DNA from: Naegleria gruberi
Taxonomy: Eukaryota
NCBI GenBank assembly: GCA_000004985.1
Contig: GG738866.1
DNA: 64,000 bases
Direction: 5' to 3' (one strand)
The notes under the pieces are model-generated. The model did not search any database. It was not told the DNA's origin and worked only from the letters and a program-made list of their open reading frames with translations. The position numbers were made by a program, and so were the translations under genes. Positions within the stretch are counted from its first letter, which is position 1. Every line of letters begins with the position of its first letter. Positions 11,706 through 22,363 of this stretch are shown here, one piece after another.

Positions 11706-12989
11706 TTAGAGAGATGAAAATAAGGAATGAAGTAAATTATAGTACATGGTAGTATTGAATGAGTTGGCAACATTAATTTGAATGCCACTGGATGAAGAGT
11801 CCTTATAGACTCTTCCAGCAAACTCAGTTGTTGAGTTCACTACTGAGGAAAGGTCAATATTGACCTTTACTTGTTCGAATGTGAAAAGTTCAGGTCTAAT
11901 CAAAAAGGAAGCAGTTATTGGATCATAGGTACAAGAAACTGGATTAATGGTCAGTAAATCTGATAGAAGTGAAGCAGTATTGGATTTTCCCTTCTTGTTG
12001 AAAAGTAATTGTTTCAAATTGGTCAACTGTTCTGAAGAAATTGCTTCCTCATTAGCAACATCCAAACCAATCATGAAGAATTTCTCTGAAAATATTTGCA
12101 TTACTACCTGAACACTCTTTGCATCACAATGATAATTCCACTCCATATCTCTATTTCCATTAAAAAGTGAATTTCCTCCCATTGAAACAATTCTTCTGAC
12201 CTTTCTCTTGAACATTTCCAATTTTGTTGGATTATTTCTAATCCACAATGCAATATTAGTCAGTGGACCAATAGCCAAAATGGTCAGTGAATTATCTGGA
12301 AGAAATTCCAATTGAGTTACTTGATTATTGAGATGTGAGAATGTTGGTTCCAAATGAAAAGTTTCCTCTCCTTCTTTCGACCTATCAATCAATTGATTCT
12401 TCAATGCAAATCCAGTTTTTTGTAAAAATTCAGTTTGTCGTTGATCCACATTCGAATACCAATCAGCATCTTCAAATCTGAACTTTTGTAAATTATCTTT
12501 CAAACCAAAATTTGATCCCTTCTCGATTTTAAATGATCTATCTTTTGAAATACTACTCAGAGTATTGGTTTTTAGCATGTTTGCAATAATTTCCTTTCCA
12601 ATAGTTGCATTCGGCGTCATTCCATGCACAGACGAAAGTGAGCTCAATATCAATAAATTATTTTGCTGCAGTGATTTCTGATTATTCAAATGAATTAGCA
12701 ACACTTGTATTGCAAATATATCATCCATTCCAACATCCGAATCAATCCACAAATATTCACTCAATGAATCCAATTTTCTTTCATTTCTTTTCGAAACTCC
12801 AAACGAAACTCCCAAAATTATACCCAAAGCAACCATTACCAACAAGCTAGCTCCAACAACCAACACCACCTGAATCAAACCTCTTTTCTCCATTCCATCT
12901 GAAAATTCAGATTGCCCTGACATGTAATATCCAACAGCAGCAGCATCAGATGAATCATTCTCAACTTGCACATAATTTATTTCTTTCAT
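11706..12989 (-). CDS. Inosine-uridine-preferring nucleoside hydrolase (IUNH) family protein with an N-terminal TM anchor.
   Basis: WIDSDVGMDDIFAIQVLL (DxDxxxDD Ca-binding motif), ILAIGPLTNIALWIRNNP, RRIVSMGGNSLFNGN. Single ORF with no intron. Confidence 0.7.
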   Translation of the reverse strand: MKEINYVQVENDSSDAAAVGYYMSGQSEFSDGMEKRGLIQVVLVVGASLLVMVALGIILGVSFGVSKRNERKLDSLSEYLWIDSDVGMDDIFAIQVLLIHLNNQKSLQQNNLLILSSLSSVHGMTPNATIGKEIIANMLKTNTLSSISKDRSFKIEKGSNFGLKDNLQKFRFEDADWYSNVDQRQTEFLQKTGFALKNQLIDRSKEGEETFHLEPTFSHLNNQVTQLEFLPDNSLTILAIGPLTNIALWIRNNPTKLEMFKRKVRRIVSMGGNSLFNGNRDMEWNYHCDAKSVQVVMQIFSEKFFMIGLDVANEEAISSEQLTNLKQLLFNKKGKSNTASLLSDLLTINPVSCTYDPITASFLIRPELFTFEQVKVNIDLSSVVNSTTEFAGRVYKDSSSSGIQINVANSFNTTMYYNLLHSLFSSL

Positions 12990-13218
12990 TTCTCTGTTTT
13001 GCTCAAGTGTTCGCAGTTACAATCTTGCTTTTTTTTTCTAGTTTGAAAAGGAAATGAGAAGGTGAGTGAGAATTAATTTTAATTTCCCTCTCACATAATT
13101 CTCATCTACTCTAATATCTCACAACCATTGATCAGACTCGGAAGTTCTTGGTTTCAGTTTTCAATGGTTGTAAACTGTTGATGCATTGCAACGGGATTTT
13201 TGAAAGTTCCAAGTTCAA

Positions 13219-14220
13219 TTGGTCAACCAATATTTTCAAAAACAAATGCAACAAGAAACATTAGTGCAGCTCCAGTTAGATGAAGCATTACAATCCAATT
13301 TACTCTCCACTAAAATCAGAGACATTCCCCACCATCTCAAACATGAAATAATCATTGCTCCGATCATCTCCGCCGAACAATTAAAGGAAACCATTAAATT
13401 TCTCGATACAAGACGTGATTGGTTTACCATTCTCAAATTTATGAACGAACACAATACAGGATATAATCCATTCTACAATGTTTCCATCAGTGCATTGGGA
13501 TTTAAATATTCACTTAGTTGGTGCTATAATTTATTAGAAATTGCCTCCAATTTGGGAAAGGAATTGAAATTTGATACAAATTTTATATTTCAAATAGTTG
13601 GGATAATTCCTGGATTTATTTATAATAATTCGAATGATGTTATTAGAAACGATAGAGAAGTTGTGTTGAGATCTGTTAAGAGATTGGGTTCCATGCTTGG
13701 TGTTGCTTCTGATAGATTGAAAGATGACAGAGAAATAGTAATAACAGCTGTCAAGCAAGATGGTGAAAGTTTACGCTATGCAAATGAAAGATTTAGGAGT
13801 GATAGAGAAATAGTCCTAGCAGCTGTCAAAACTGCTGGTTTGGCATATGTTCATGAATCATTAAGGAATGACAGAGAAATTGTTGAGCTGGCAATTTCAC
13901 ATTGTGGATCATTTCTATCAGGTGCAAGTGAGGAAATGAAAAAAGATAGAGAAATTGTAATGAAAGCCATTTCGACAAGTTCACAAGGATGTGCATTTCA
14001 ATATGTGAGTCGAGAATTAAAGCTCGATAAGAAATTTGTTTTACAAGTTCTCAGAAAAACTGAGGGACAAGCTCTTTGTTATGTGAGTGAAGAATTAATT
14101 AAGGATAAGGAATTTCTTGTTGAAATATTGAAAGTTATTGGGACATCTTTCACGAATACATATGTTATTGGGAGAATTATTAAGGATGATAGAGATTTGA
14201 TATTATTAATTGCTAAATAA
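13219..14220 (+). CDS. DUF4116-type repeat protein (tandem DREIV...L.YA repeats). The repeat series continues in frame for 79 more codons beyond a single TAA at 14218..14220.
   Basis: Repeated units: DREVVLRSVKRLGSMLGVASDRLKDDREIVITAVKQDGESLRYANERFRSDREIVLAAVKTAGLAYVHESLRNDREIVELAI... Downstream in the same frame: DGFIIKYINTELKKDKDIAFEAVSQNVNVFQHIDKSLKDDKEFVLKLAKK..., ending at 14457. Confidence 0.6.
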   Translation: MVNQYFQKQMQQETLVQLQLDEALQSNLLSTKIRDIPHHLKHEIIIAPIISAEQLKETIKFLDTRRDWFTILKFMNEHNTGYNPFYNVSISALGFKYSLSWCYNLLEIASNLGKELKFDTNFIFQIVGIIPGFIYNNSNDVIRNDREVVLRSVKRLGSMLGVASDRLKDDREIVITAVKQDGESLRYANERFRSDREIVLAAVKTAGLAYVHESLRNDREIVELAISHCGSFLSGASEEMKKDREIVMKAISTSSQGCAFQYVSRELKLDKKFVLQVLRKTEGQALCYVSEELIKDKEFLVEILKVIGTSFTNTYVIGRIIKDDRDLILLIAK

Positions 14221-14485
14221 GATGGATTTATAATCAAATATATTAATACAGAGCTAAAGAAGGATAAGGACATTGCATTTGAAGCTGTCAGTCAAAATGT
14301 CAATGTTTTTCAACATATTGACAAGTCATTAAAGGATGACAAGGAATTTGTGTTGAAATTGGCAAAGAAAAATTCAAAGATTATTCAATTTTTGTCCAAA
14401 GTACTAAGGAAAGATCGTGAATTCATGTCTCAAATCAATAAACTAAACCTCGATTAAGAAATTAACATGTTTCCAAACTTTCATT

Positions 14486-15139
14486 TTATTTACAACCAAC
14501 TTGTTTAGTCAAAATAAATCTTGAACTATCAATTCCTTGTTTCCTAAAAGCAACCATAATATTACTCAAAGTTTGTTGTGGTAATTGACGTTGTCTTCCC
14601 AAAATCCATGAAATTTCATAATGATAAACACCCAAAACACTGAAACAACTGAAAACCATTGCATAATTATTGTAATCTGTGTCAATAACCCAATATGGAG
14701 CATAGAATGGGTTTCCACCAACTGAAACAAGTAATTTTGCTGGTTCTTTATCATCTGGACAATATCCAACACCAGTAACAGTTGTCAAATTTCCATCATA
14801 TATTTCAGAATTGGAAACTAATACTTGTGAAGGTTCCTTTGGATTAATGGTATAGTTTGCTTGAATACAGACACCACCACGTTCCATGATATTATCAAAA
14901 CGAGCAATTTCATACCAAAGTCCCATGTATTTAGCTAAATTGAATTCTTGCATGGTTGAAACTTTTTGACATTTTCCCCAATCAGCAGAGACGAATGTTG
15001 TGTAAAGAAGTGAAATGACAATGACAGCAATGAGGAGGGTTTGTTTGAACATTTTTTGAGTTTTTGATGGTGTTGTTTCTTTCTGGTTTTGTGGTTGTTT
15101 TATTGGTTGGATAAAGGATTCTCTCTTGTTCAAGTCCAC
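14486..15139 (-). CDS. Bacterial-type (Blc/ApoD-like) lipocalin with an N-terminal TM/signal segment.
   Basis: FNLAKYMGLWYEIARFDNIMERG (lipocalin SCR1, xRYxGxWYEIA), ...SWILGRQRQLPQQT...GIDSSRFILTKQ (compare E. coli Blc YLWILSRTP...GFDVSKFIWVQQ). Confidence 0.75.
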   Translation of the reverse strand: MDLNKRESFIQPIKQPQNQKETTPSKTQKMFKQTLLIAVIVISLLYTTFVSADWGKCQKVSTMQEFNLAKYMGLWYEIARFDNIMERGGVCIQANYTINPKEPSQVLVSNSEIYDGNLTTVTGVGYCPDDKEPAKLLVSVGGNPFYAPYWVIDTDYNNYAMVFSCFSVLGVYHYEISWILGRQRQLPQQTLSNIMVAFRKQGIDSSRFILTKQVGCK

Positions 15140-15344
15140 TTTATTCGAAACTTTCTGAGCTTGAAGTGGAGGTCACTATCTCAGCTGGTTGAGATTTAAA
15201 GTTGATCATACACTAATCAAACTTCCCGTACTGGAACTAGTATTGATTACAATCATTAGCTGTAGTTCCAAATTTTACAAATTTCATTAAAATATTTTTA
15301 CAAATTTAGAAATTTTACATTTTTACATTTTTTAACTTTTTTAT

Positions 15345-16184
15345 TTAACGTTCAACAAATTTGTAATAAGTTTGATTTGGATTACGAATTTTAAACATTT
15401 TCTCTTCATACTCATTATTGCAGAGAACGATTTTGTGTTTTTTCTTATTTACATTTTTTTTGGTTTTTTGTGTTTTTTGAATTTTTACAGAATTGGAAGG
15501 CAAAGTGTTGAAATTATTTGAGGAGGAGGAAGAGGAATATGAGCTGGTGGATGATTCACAATTTACAATATTATTACAATTCGAATAGGCAAATTGACTG
15601 TTAACATTCGAATAGTTTTCAGGAAACGAGTTTTGGAAATAAGCAGAGTTGTGGAAAGTGTTGTTAGCAAAGGTAGCAATTGGTGGTTGGAAGTAATTAG
15701 TTTGAAAGTTGGTCAATTCGAATTGATTAAATATGGAAGGATTCTGGCAGGTGTGAAAAATTACTTGTTGTGGTTGATAAAATTGGTGTTGCATTGAAGG
15801 TGCAGGTTGTGGAGGTGCTTGCATATTGGTACAGAGTTGGTTATTAGAAACTGAACATTGCAGACCTTTAAACAAACTTTCGAATAAAGGGAAAAATTGA
15901 GAAACCAAGTTAAACTGCACAATAGTGGATGACATATCATTCAATGCACAAGAATCGTTCGAAGAGTTACAAGTCTCGGTGCTGATGATTTCAGCCGGCT
16001 GTGTTTCTTGATTTGGAGAAATGTGTTCATCACCATGTTGTGTCATGGTTTCTGATAAATTAGACGAATTATAATTCACAATTTCTGAAAACGAAAGGAA
16101 GGAATTACTAGTCTTTAAACCAGCAGCATTACTTTCATCACAATTATCAATAAATTGTTCAAGGAAGGTGTCAAGTGATTGCAT
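15345..16184 (-). CDS. Hypothetical Q/N/S-rich low-complexity protein.
   Basis: 279-aa ORF with no recognisable domain. It contains a poly-S tract and a basic KKNVNKKKHK segment. Confidence 0.35.
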   Translation of the reverse strand: MQSLDTFLEQFIDNCDESNAAGLKTSNSFLSFSEIVNYNSSNLSETMTQHGDEHISPNQETQPAEIISTETCNSSNDSCALNDMSSTIVQFNLVSQFFPLFESLFKGLQCSVSNNQLCTNMQAPPQPAPSMQHQFYQPQQVIFHTCQNPSIFNQFELTNFQTNYFQPPIATFANNTFHNSAYFQNSFPENYSNVNSQFAYSNCNNIVNCESSTSSYSSSSSSNNFNTLPSNSVKIQKTQKTKKNVNKKKHKIVLCNNEYEEKMFKIRNPNQTYYKFVER

Positions 16185-17044
16185 TCTTTTTTTAAACCTT
16201 TCTGGTCAACTTGAGAAGTGCCATAAAATTTAAGGCAAATTAAATTTGTTCTAATTTGTAATTTTGTGTTAATGTGCGAACTATTCTATTCGATTATTCT
16301 TTCGAATGGATCAAGAATGGTAATATTATTGAATGCCTCCAGTTATGGTCATTGAATTGATTGAAAGTGCCATGGAAAGTTTTGAATGTGTGCAGATCCA
16401 AAGTCCATTGTCGGGAAGGACGGCATGAGGAGAAAAGCACAGAATCATAATAACATGCATATGGATCTTCCTGTGTGTGTAATAATATTCAAATTAATTC
16501 GTTGGACAAGTAGCATAAATTATGCTTGTTGCCCAGTTGACATATTTGGCTTTTTTTAAAACCCAATGTGTCGCCAAATTTTCTAATATGGTCATATTTT
16601 GTGCTGGTCAAAGTCCAGAATAAGTGAGATCTGTATTGTGAGAAACAAACTGTGATCTTTTCTGGTATGTTAAATTAACAATGGCGAGATGCAAGGAATG
16701 CAATTAATACGAATCCTTTAGGATTCGATTGGATTCAATGAGAAACAGTTTTGAGAATTATTTGTAAATGAGTATACACTAACATGAAAGAATCAACCAA
16801 GAACTCATGATAAGTTCTTTAGATTAGAAAAGAATTGATAGCTACTTTGATTAGAATCAATTCAAGATGCAATGTTTATTACATTTACTTTGGAACTCTT
16901 GAAAGGTCTGCTGGACCGGCATAACTAAACGAGAGCAATGATAATAATTTGATAATATTAAAAAGGGCAGTGTCGATTAAATAAAATAATTTGAACAGAA
17001 AAATAATTCATGTTATCAGAATTATTGAGTAAAATTTAAAAAAC

Positions 17045-18298
17045 TTACACATCATCTTCAATGCCACATTCGTTGTGTCCTCTCAAAATTTTGAAAGTTC
17101 CTGTTTAATAATTAAAATAAAAATAAATTTTAAAAATTATTTAAAATTAAAAAAATTAAAAATATTAAATTAAAAATGTCATGAAGAAATACTTACCGTC
17201 AATACCCCAATCAGTTGACCAAGAGTTGGCAACCAACCAGTAATCAACACCACCTTCAACACCCCAACCAATAATCTTGATGGCGTGACCACCCAAGAAA
17301 GAACCAGTCTTGTGTGAGTAAACTCCAGACTTGTAGTTCATGAAATCTCTGTAATTATAATTATTTTAGACTCGAGTCAATTAGTCTTTAAAACTTACTG
17401 GTAAACACTGAAACCACCTTGGACTGGACCGTTAGTGTAAATTTCTTGTTGGATATCAGCAACTCTTTCCCAGAACATCCATGGAGAAATGTGAGAGAAT
17501 GACTTGGCATAGTAAAGTTGGGAGGAAATTGGAATGTTAGTACCATTACAGCTAAAAATCATGTTAAAAAGAGCTAATTAAAATGAAATGACTTACTTTG
17601 ATGGACAAGCTGGGACGTTACCACCACCAGAGACGTATGGCATACATGAGTCTGGGACGATACCCTTGTTCTTCATCCACCACCAAGCATTATCCAAATT
17701 ACCACCATCACATCCCATATCATTGTAGTCGCAAGAGACCATATCTTGAGGGGACAAAATGACGTCAACCTTTCCGTTAGAAGCAATACAGAATCTATCA
17801 GAGAGAGATTCAGAAGCAGAGACTATTGATCATGATATTTCACAAAATTTCACAAAATTACAACTTACAAGCCCAACAAGAACCACATTGTTCTTGATTT
17901 CTAATTGGGTGAATACACTTGCCCCATTGTTGTCTAGAATCAAAGTTAGTTGGGAGACCAAGAGTCTTGAATTGCTTGGAAGCTTCTTCAACACCAACAG
18001 ACTTGACAGCGGAAGCCTTAGCTTCATTGTAGTGCTTGATAGTAGTCATTTGTTCTTCAGAGTATCTAACTTGACCTTCCTTCTTGGCAAAACCCAACAA
18101 TCTCTTCATTTCAGCAACGGTCTTACCAGCCAAATTTCTATTGACACCAGCCTTCCAAGTAGAAGATGGATCACTATTAATTTCGTTAATCATCTTAAAG
18201 TTAATAGCCATGGTTTCATGGTCTTCAGCAGTGATTGGAGCGCAATAAACTGCGGCAGCCAAACACAACAAGAGTGTAGCGATAAACAAGCTCTTCAT
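17045..18298 (-). CDS. Cathepsin B-like papain-family cysteine protease. Five exons: 17869..18298, 17597..17822, 17398..17551, 17197..17347, 17045..17100 (introns 46, 45, 50, 96 nt).
   Basis: Signal peptide, [34 protein letters not shown] (catalytic Cys), occluding-loop region [25 protein letters not shown] (catalytic His), [22 protein letters not shown]. Every junction has a GTAAGT donor and AG acceptor, and the exon phases are consistent. Confidence 0.85.
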
Positions 18299-18708
18299 TT
18301 TTTTTTTAAATTTTATTATTTTTTGAGCGCGGGATGAGGTTTTTATTAGGAACTGGAGGTTGAAAACTCCAACTTGACTCCGTCCTTCAACTAGTAGTTC
18401 ATTTCATTGATTAGTGGAGATGAAAATCAATCCTAGGAGTTGTTATTTCACATAATTCTACCCTTAGTTAAACTCAATTTTGACCCTATCCATATCTTTC
18501 ACTCTTCAGGAATAACATTATTTGTGGGAGTTTAAGTTGTGAGTTCATTGAGGGAGCTCTTCTTTACACAAAGAAATATTCGAAACATTTGTTTCCTCAA
18601 TTTATCAGGAATTCCACATACTGACTTGTATCTTCAAGGCGTTTCCACAGTTCGTTTCTTTTTGGCAATGAGTACATTAACCTTCAATTAACAGACAACT
18701 CAGGAGTA

Positions 18709-20807
18709 CTACCGGTATTTCTTTTTAAAAACAAATTTAATGTACTTGTGGGTAGAAAAGATAGTGGAAAGAGTACCATTTTCGACACATCGTTCTGTCA
18801 GTTCAAAGATATTACCACTTGATGGATGTATGTATTGATATGAATGAGGTTTTTTCATTACCTCAATTGGAATAAGTGCTGTCAATATCTTCATCAATGC
18901 TGAATAGTCGATCAGAGTACTTCTGTCAACTATTTCCAAATAGCATTTATCATGGAAGCATAATTCAATATCCACTCTATCTAAAACAGTTATCTCATCC
19001 ATGCAGGAGTCGATGGCACATCTGTCTTGCTCTCATTCCAAGATCTATTGCAAGTCCCTATTTTTGCAATAAAGGAATTTTGAATATTGCTCCTCACCTC
19101 TTCATTTGGACATCTAAGAAAGAAAGGATTTTTCAAGGTATATGTTATTTGAGAGCAACTTTCCCTCACATTACTGGTTTGAGAAGTTTTAGATCCAGTT
19201 AGATACCCAGAATAAAACATTAATTTCCAGAATAGTTCGTGTTTTCTCTTAATTTGTCCACAAGTAAATATTGTAACATCCACATCCAAACTCATGTCAA
19301 TTTCTATTTCTCCTCCGTTCTTCAAGGTTTCTAAATCATCAATCATTTCAATATCATCTGAAGATTCAATGTTTAATATCTGAACTAGCTCTCCAGTTGT
19401 ACCTGTTGAAATCCAATAATCAGAAATCTTTCCTAAAGCAAAATATGAGCATAATGACCACATGTTGAACACTAACTTGGAATTGCCATCAACATTGTAA
19501 CCGTTGTACCAATGATTGAGCTCTTTGAACTCAGTATCCAATCCTGGATAATCTTTACCTCTGATTCTTTTTAATGCTGAAGACAGTTCTGGTTGGGTAA
19601 TTCCAAACTCTGTCGTAAAAATCTCATCACTTTGTGTTGAATAATAACACAAGTTATTGAGTCCCGAAAGGTATCCCATATCTGTAAGTAGTACAATACC
19701 CATGAACAAGCTAAACTCAATAGACTCATTCCTTTTTAAAAAGGAAAATATATTTGCAAATATTTCAAAAATCTCTTTTCTAAAGCTCATATAAACACTT
19801 CCCATAAGAGGTGAGTCATATTCATCTATCAGTAAAACGACCTTAGATTGGTGATGCTTGTGTAGACATTCTATCAGGTGTTCCAAAGCGAATGTATCTG
19901 TTTGTTTTTGATATTCTAATAATTTCTGCTTGTCAGAATCTGTTAAGGTTTCACTATTCAATAAATAGCCAAACTCGTTGACTAGTTTAGTCAACAAATG
20001 GAGAATATTGCATCTAGTTTCTTCCAAGGAGTTAGATACTACACCATTAAATGAAATAAGGACTACAGGATATTTGTTCATGTGCAGTTTGCACAAGTCT
20101 TCCCTTTGCATAATCTTTAAATCTTTAAACAATTTCTCTGAAGTGGCAGTTTGGTTTATATCAAGGAAATATGATAACATGTTCAAATTGAATGATTTTC
20201 CAAACCTTCTTGGCCTCAATATTAGTGAGTGTTGTGACTTTCTCTTTTCTAATACATGCTCAATGAACAGTGACTTATCAAAAAGAAGCATTTCTTTGTC
20301 ACATGTATTGGAGAATGTAATTCCAGGATAACAACTAACAAGGGCAGAAAATGCAACAATTGAAATCTCATCACCCCATAGTAGTTCTTGTATAAGCAAT
20401 TCTTGCAATGAATCATCTCCCCTAATCGGCTTATTTTCATAACAATAACTCCATTGTTGGGATCTCTTATTCTGTTGGTATGCTACTTGTTCAAACAATG
20501 CAAAAGCAGCACCGAGTGGTCTTTTGGAACTCATCTTTGTAGTTATGGAAGTAGTTTTGTTGTTTGTTATTATTTTCACAATCACCACATCATCACAAGC
20601 AGTGGCGCTAACAATTATTTGTGTTTCACCAAAACTGTGCCAAGTGTCTTCATAATTCAACAAATGGCCACAAGTAAATTCGAAACCTGAGTATTCATCT
20701 AGAAGAGATCCGATCAAGCTATCTTCAGACATAGCCTTAACTGTGCTTTCTTGTTTGTCGAACAAAATGTGTACACGAACAGAGAGAGACATTTTTTTGT
20801 TGTACAA
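18709..20807 (-). CDS. Bacterial-type AAA-ATPase_like (PF09820) plus PD-(D/E)XK nuclease-like (DUF1703/PDDEXK_9) protein. Its two halves are in different frames, with a +1/-1 break near 19000.
   Basis: LILRPRRFGKSFNLNMLSYFLD (family-specific P-loop LxRPRRFGKS), ...NMWSLCSYFALGKISDYWISTGTTG, then in the downstream ORF (18709..19002) LEIVDRSTLIDYSALMKILTALIPIEVMKK...YIKFVFKKK (PD-(D/E)XK core D..E.K). Confidence 0.6.
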
Positions 20808-21053
20808 TCATGAAAGGAATTCGAATATGTGTAAGTATCAACACATTGACCTCTTCCAGAACATGCTAGTAATGTATTCATAATTGTTCAAATATGTTTC
20901 AATTTCATTAATGATACTAAGGTGAGTTATCAATATCTTAATAATCAAGTAACACTTCTGTTGATAATTGGATTCTATTCGGGAGGATGGAGTTAGAAAT
21001 ATGCAATGACAATAAAATATTTTATTGTATTGAATGAAAAGCAACAAATCTAA

Positions 21054-22013
21054 TTATTCCTCATTTTCTTCTTCCTCTTCATTCTCGTCATTCTCTTCAT
21101 CACTGTCATTTGTTATTTTCACTTGTTTCAATAATGCAACAATATTATCGAATTTCTTACTCTCTGCAATTGTTATTGGTTTTTCATTATTGACTTTAGT
21201 ATAACCATATCCATCCCAATAACCTGAGTAGGTGTGCTTTCCCTTATTTACCTTAATTTTTGAATTTTCCAATAATAATTTGACAATTTCCTCATGTCCA
21301 TTCATACAAGCTCCATATAGTGGTGTAATATATCCCAAATTAATTTCAATTTCTTGTTTTGATAGCAATAATTTCACAATATCAACAAATCCATTCAAAC
21401 ATGCAATAAAGAGTGGTGTTACTCCACTGAAACAACTCTCAAACTCTGCATGATCTTCGCCAACCGATTCTTCAAGTCTTCCCTTTGAAATATCAAACTT
21501 TTTACTCTCTGAAAGCAATAGTTCAACAATTTCCAAATCACCCTTTTCACATGCTACAAACAATGGTGTAGTTGTTCCCAAATCAATTTTCACACCCTTT
21601 GAAAGAAGCAATTTCACCATCTCTCCATTGCCCAATTCACATGCCATACACAATGTTGTTCTCTTATCAATCAATCTATTAGTGGAGTAATCTATTTCAT
21701 ACTCTTCTTCATCATCAATACTCTTTTCATTCTCATCTGCAACAAACAACCAATCGAGAAGATATAAATCAGCAGCATCAACCAAAACATTCATCATTTC
21801 AGGATTCTTTTCTGATGCAACAATCTTGCCAAACTTGTCTTGGTTTTCAATGATCCATTCTTTGAATACTCCCTTATCTGCTTTCAACAAATCGGAAGCA
21901 TTGCTATGTGCAATCAAGTAGTCAAAATCTACATCTTCTTCTTGATTGGATGGTTTAGTTTTCTTCCTTGGTGGTGAAAGATTTTCGTCCTTGCTGTGAT
22001 CAGATGAAGACAT
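21054..22013 (-). CDS. Ankyrin-repeat protein with an acidic C-terminal tail.
   Basis: Four or more ANK repeats: TPLFVACEKGDLEIVELLL, TPLFIACLNGFVDIVKLLL, TPLYGACMNGHEEIVKLLL. C-terminal DSDEENDENEEEEENEE. Confidence 0.7.
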   Translation of the reverse strand: MSSSDHSKDENLSPPRKKTKPSNQEEDVDFDYLIAHSNASDLLKADKGVFKEWIIENQDKFGKIVASEKNPEMMNVLVDAADLYLLDWLFVADENEKSIDDEEEYEIDYSTNRLIDKRTTLCMACELGNGEMVKLLLSKGVKIDLGTTTPLFVACEKGDLEIVELLLSESKKFDISKGRLEESVGEDHAEFESCFSGVTPLFIACLNGFVDIVKLLLSKQEIEINLGYITPLYGACMNGHEEIVKLLLENSKIKVNKGKHTYSGYWDGYGYTKVNNEKPITIAESKKFDNIVALLKQVKITNDSDEENDENEEEEENEE

Positions 22014-22363
22014 TTTTATTTTAATAAGTTTTTATAAACACAATCCCCTATTCAATAAAATCATTTTTTACTCAATTGACTTCGATCACCAACTCGAAGT
22101 GTTAAAATATCAACATCAATAATATTGTAATCATGATTATTAATTAACTACCAACCAATAGCCTTTATTTTACTCCCAAATGAAGTTTCAAAAGGGAAAA
22201 TTTCTTCAATGCAACATCATGAAAACCAATGGTTCCTTGTGTGAATGAAAAAAACTAGAGAACCTTCAACGGAGGATAAAGAGAGCGGTCTTTGCTTCTC
22301 TTGGTGATTTTTGCTTTTTGAAAAATTTGATTAAAAAAATTGCAAAAGAATCTCTTCATTAAG

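Noticed and set aside
14218-14220. Idea that TAA is reassigned to a sense codon (ciliate-like code)
   Set aside because: Many genes here terminate with TAA at positions matching conserved C-termini (SDR, ADH, cathepsin B, P450). Only this one locus needs read-through, so a local mutation or error is more parsimonious.
16185-17044. 860-bp ORF-free stretch examined for an ncRNA or mobile element
   Set aside because: It lacks terminal repeats, tRNA-like or snRNA-like structure, and lies between a promoter (gene starting 16184) and the 3' end of cathepsin B, so ordinary intergenic or UTR sequence is most likely.
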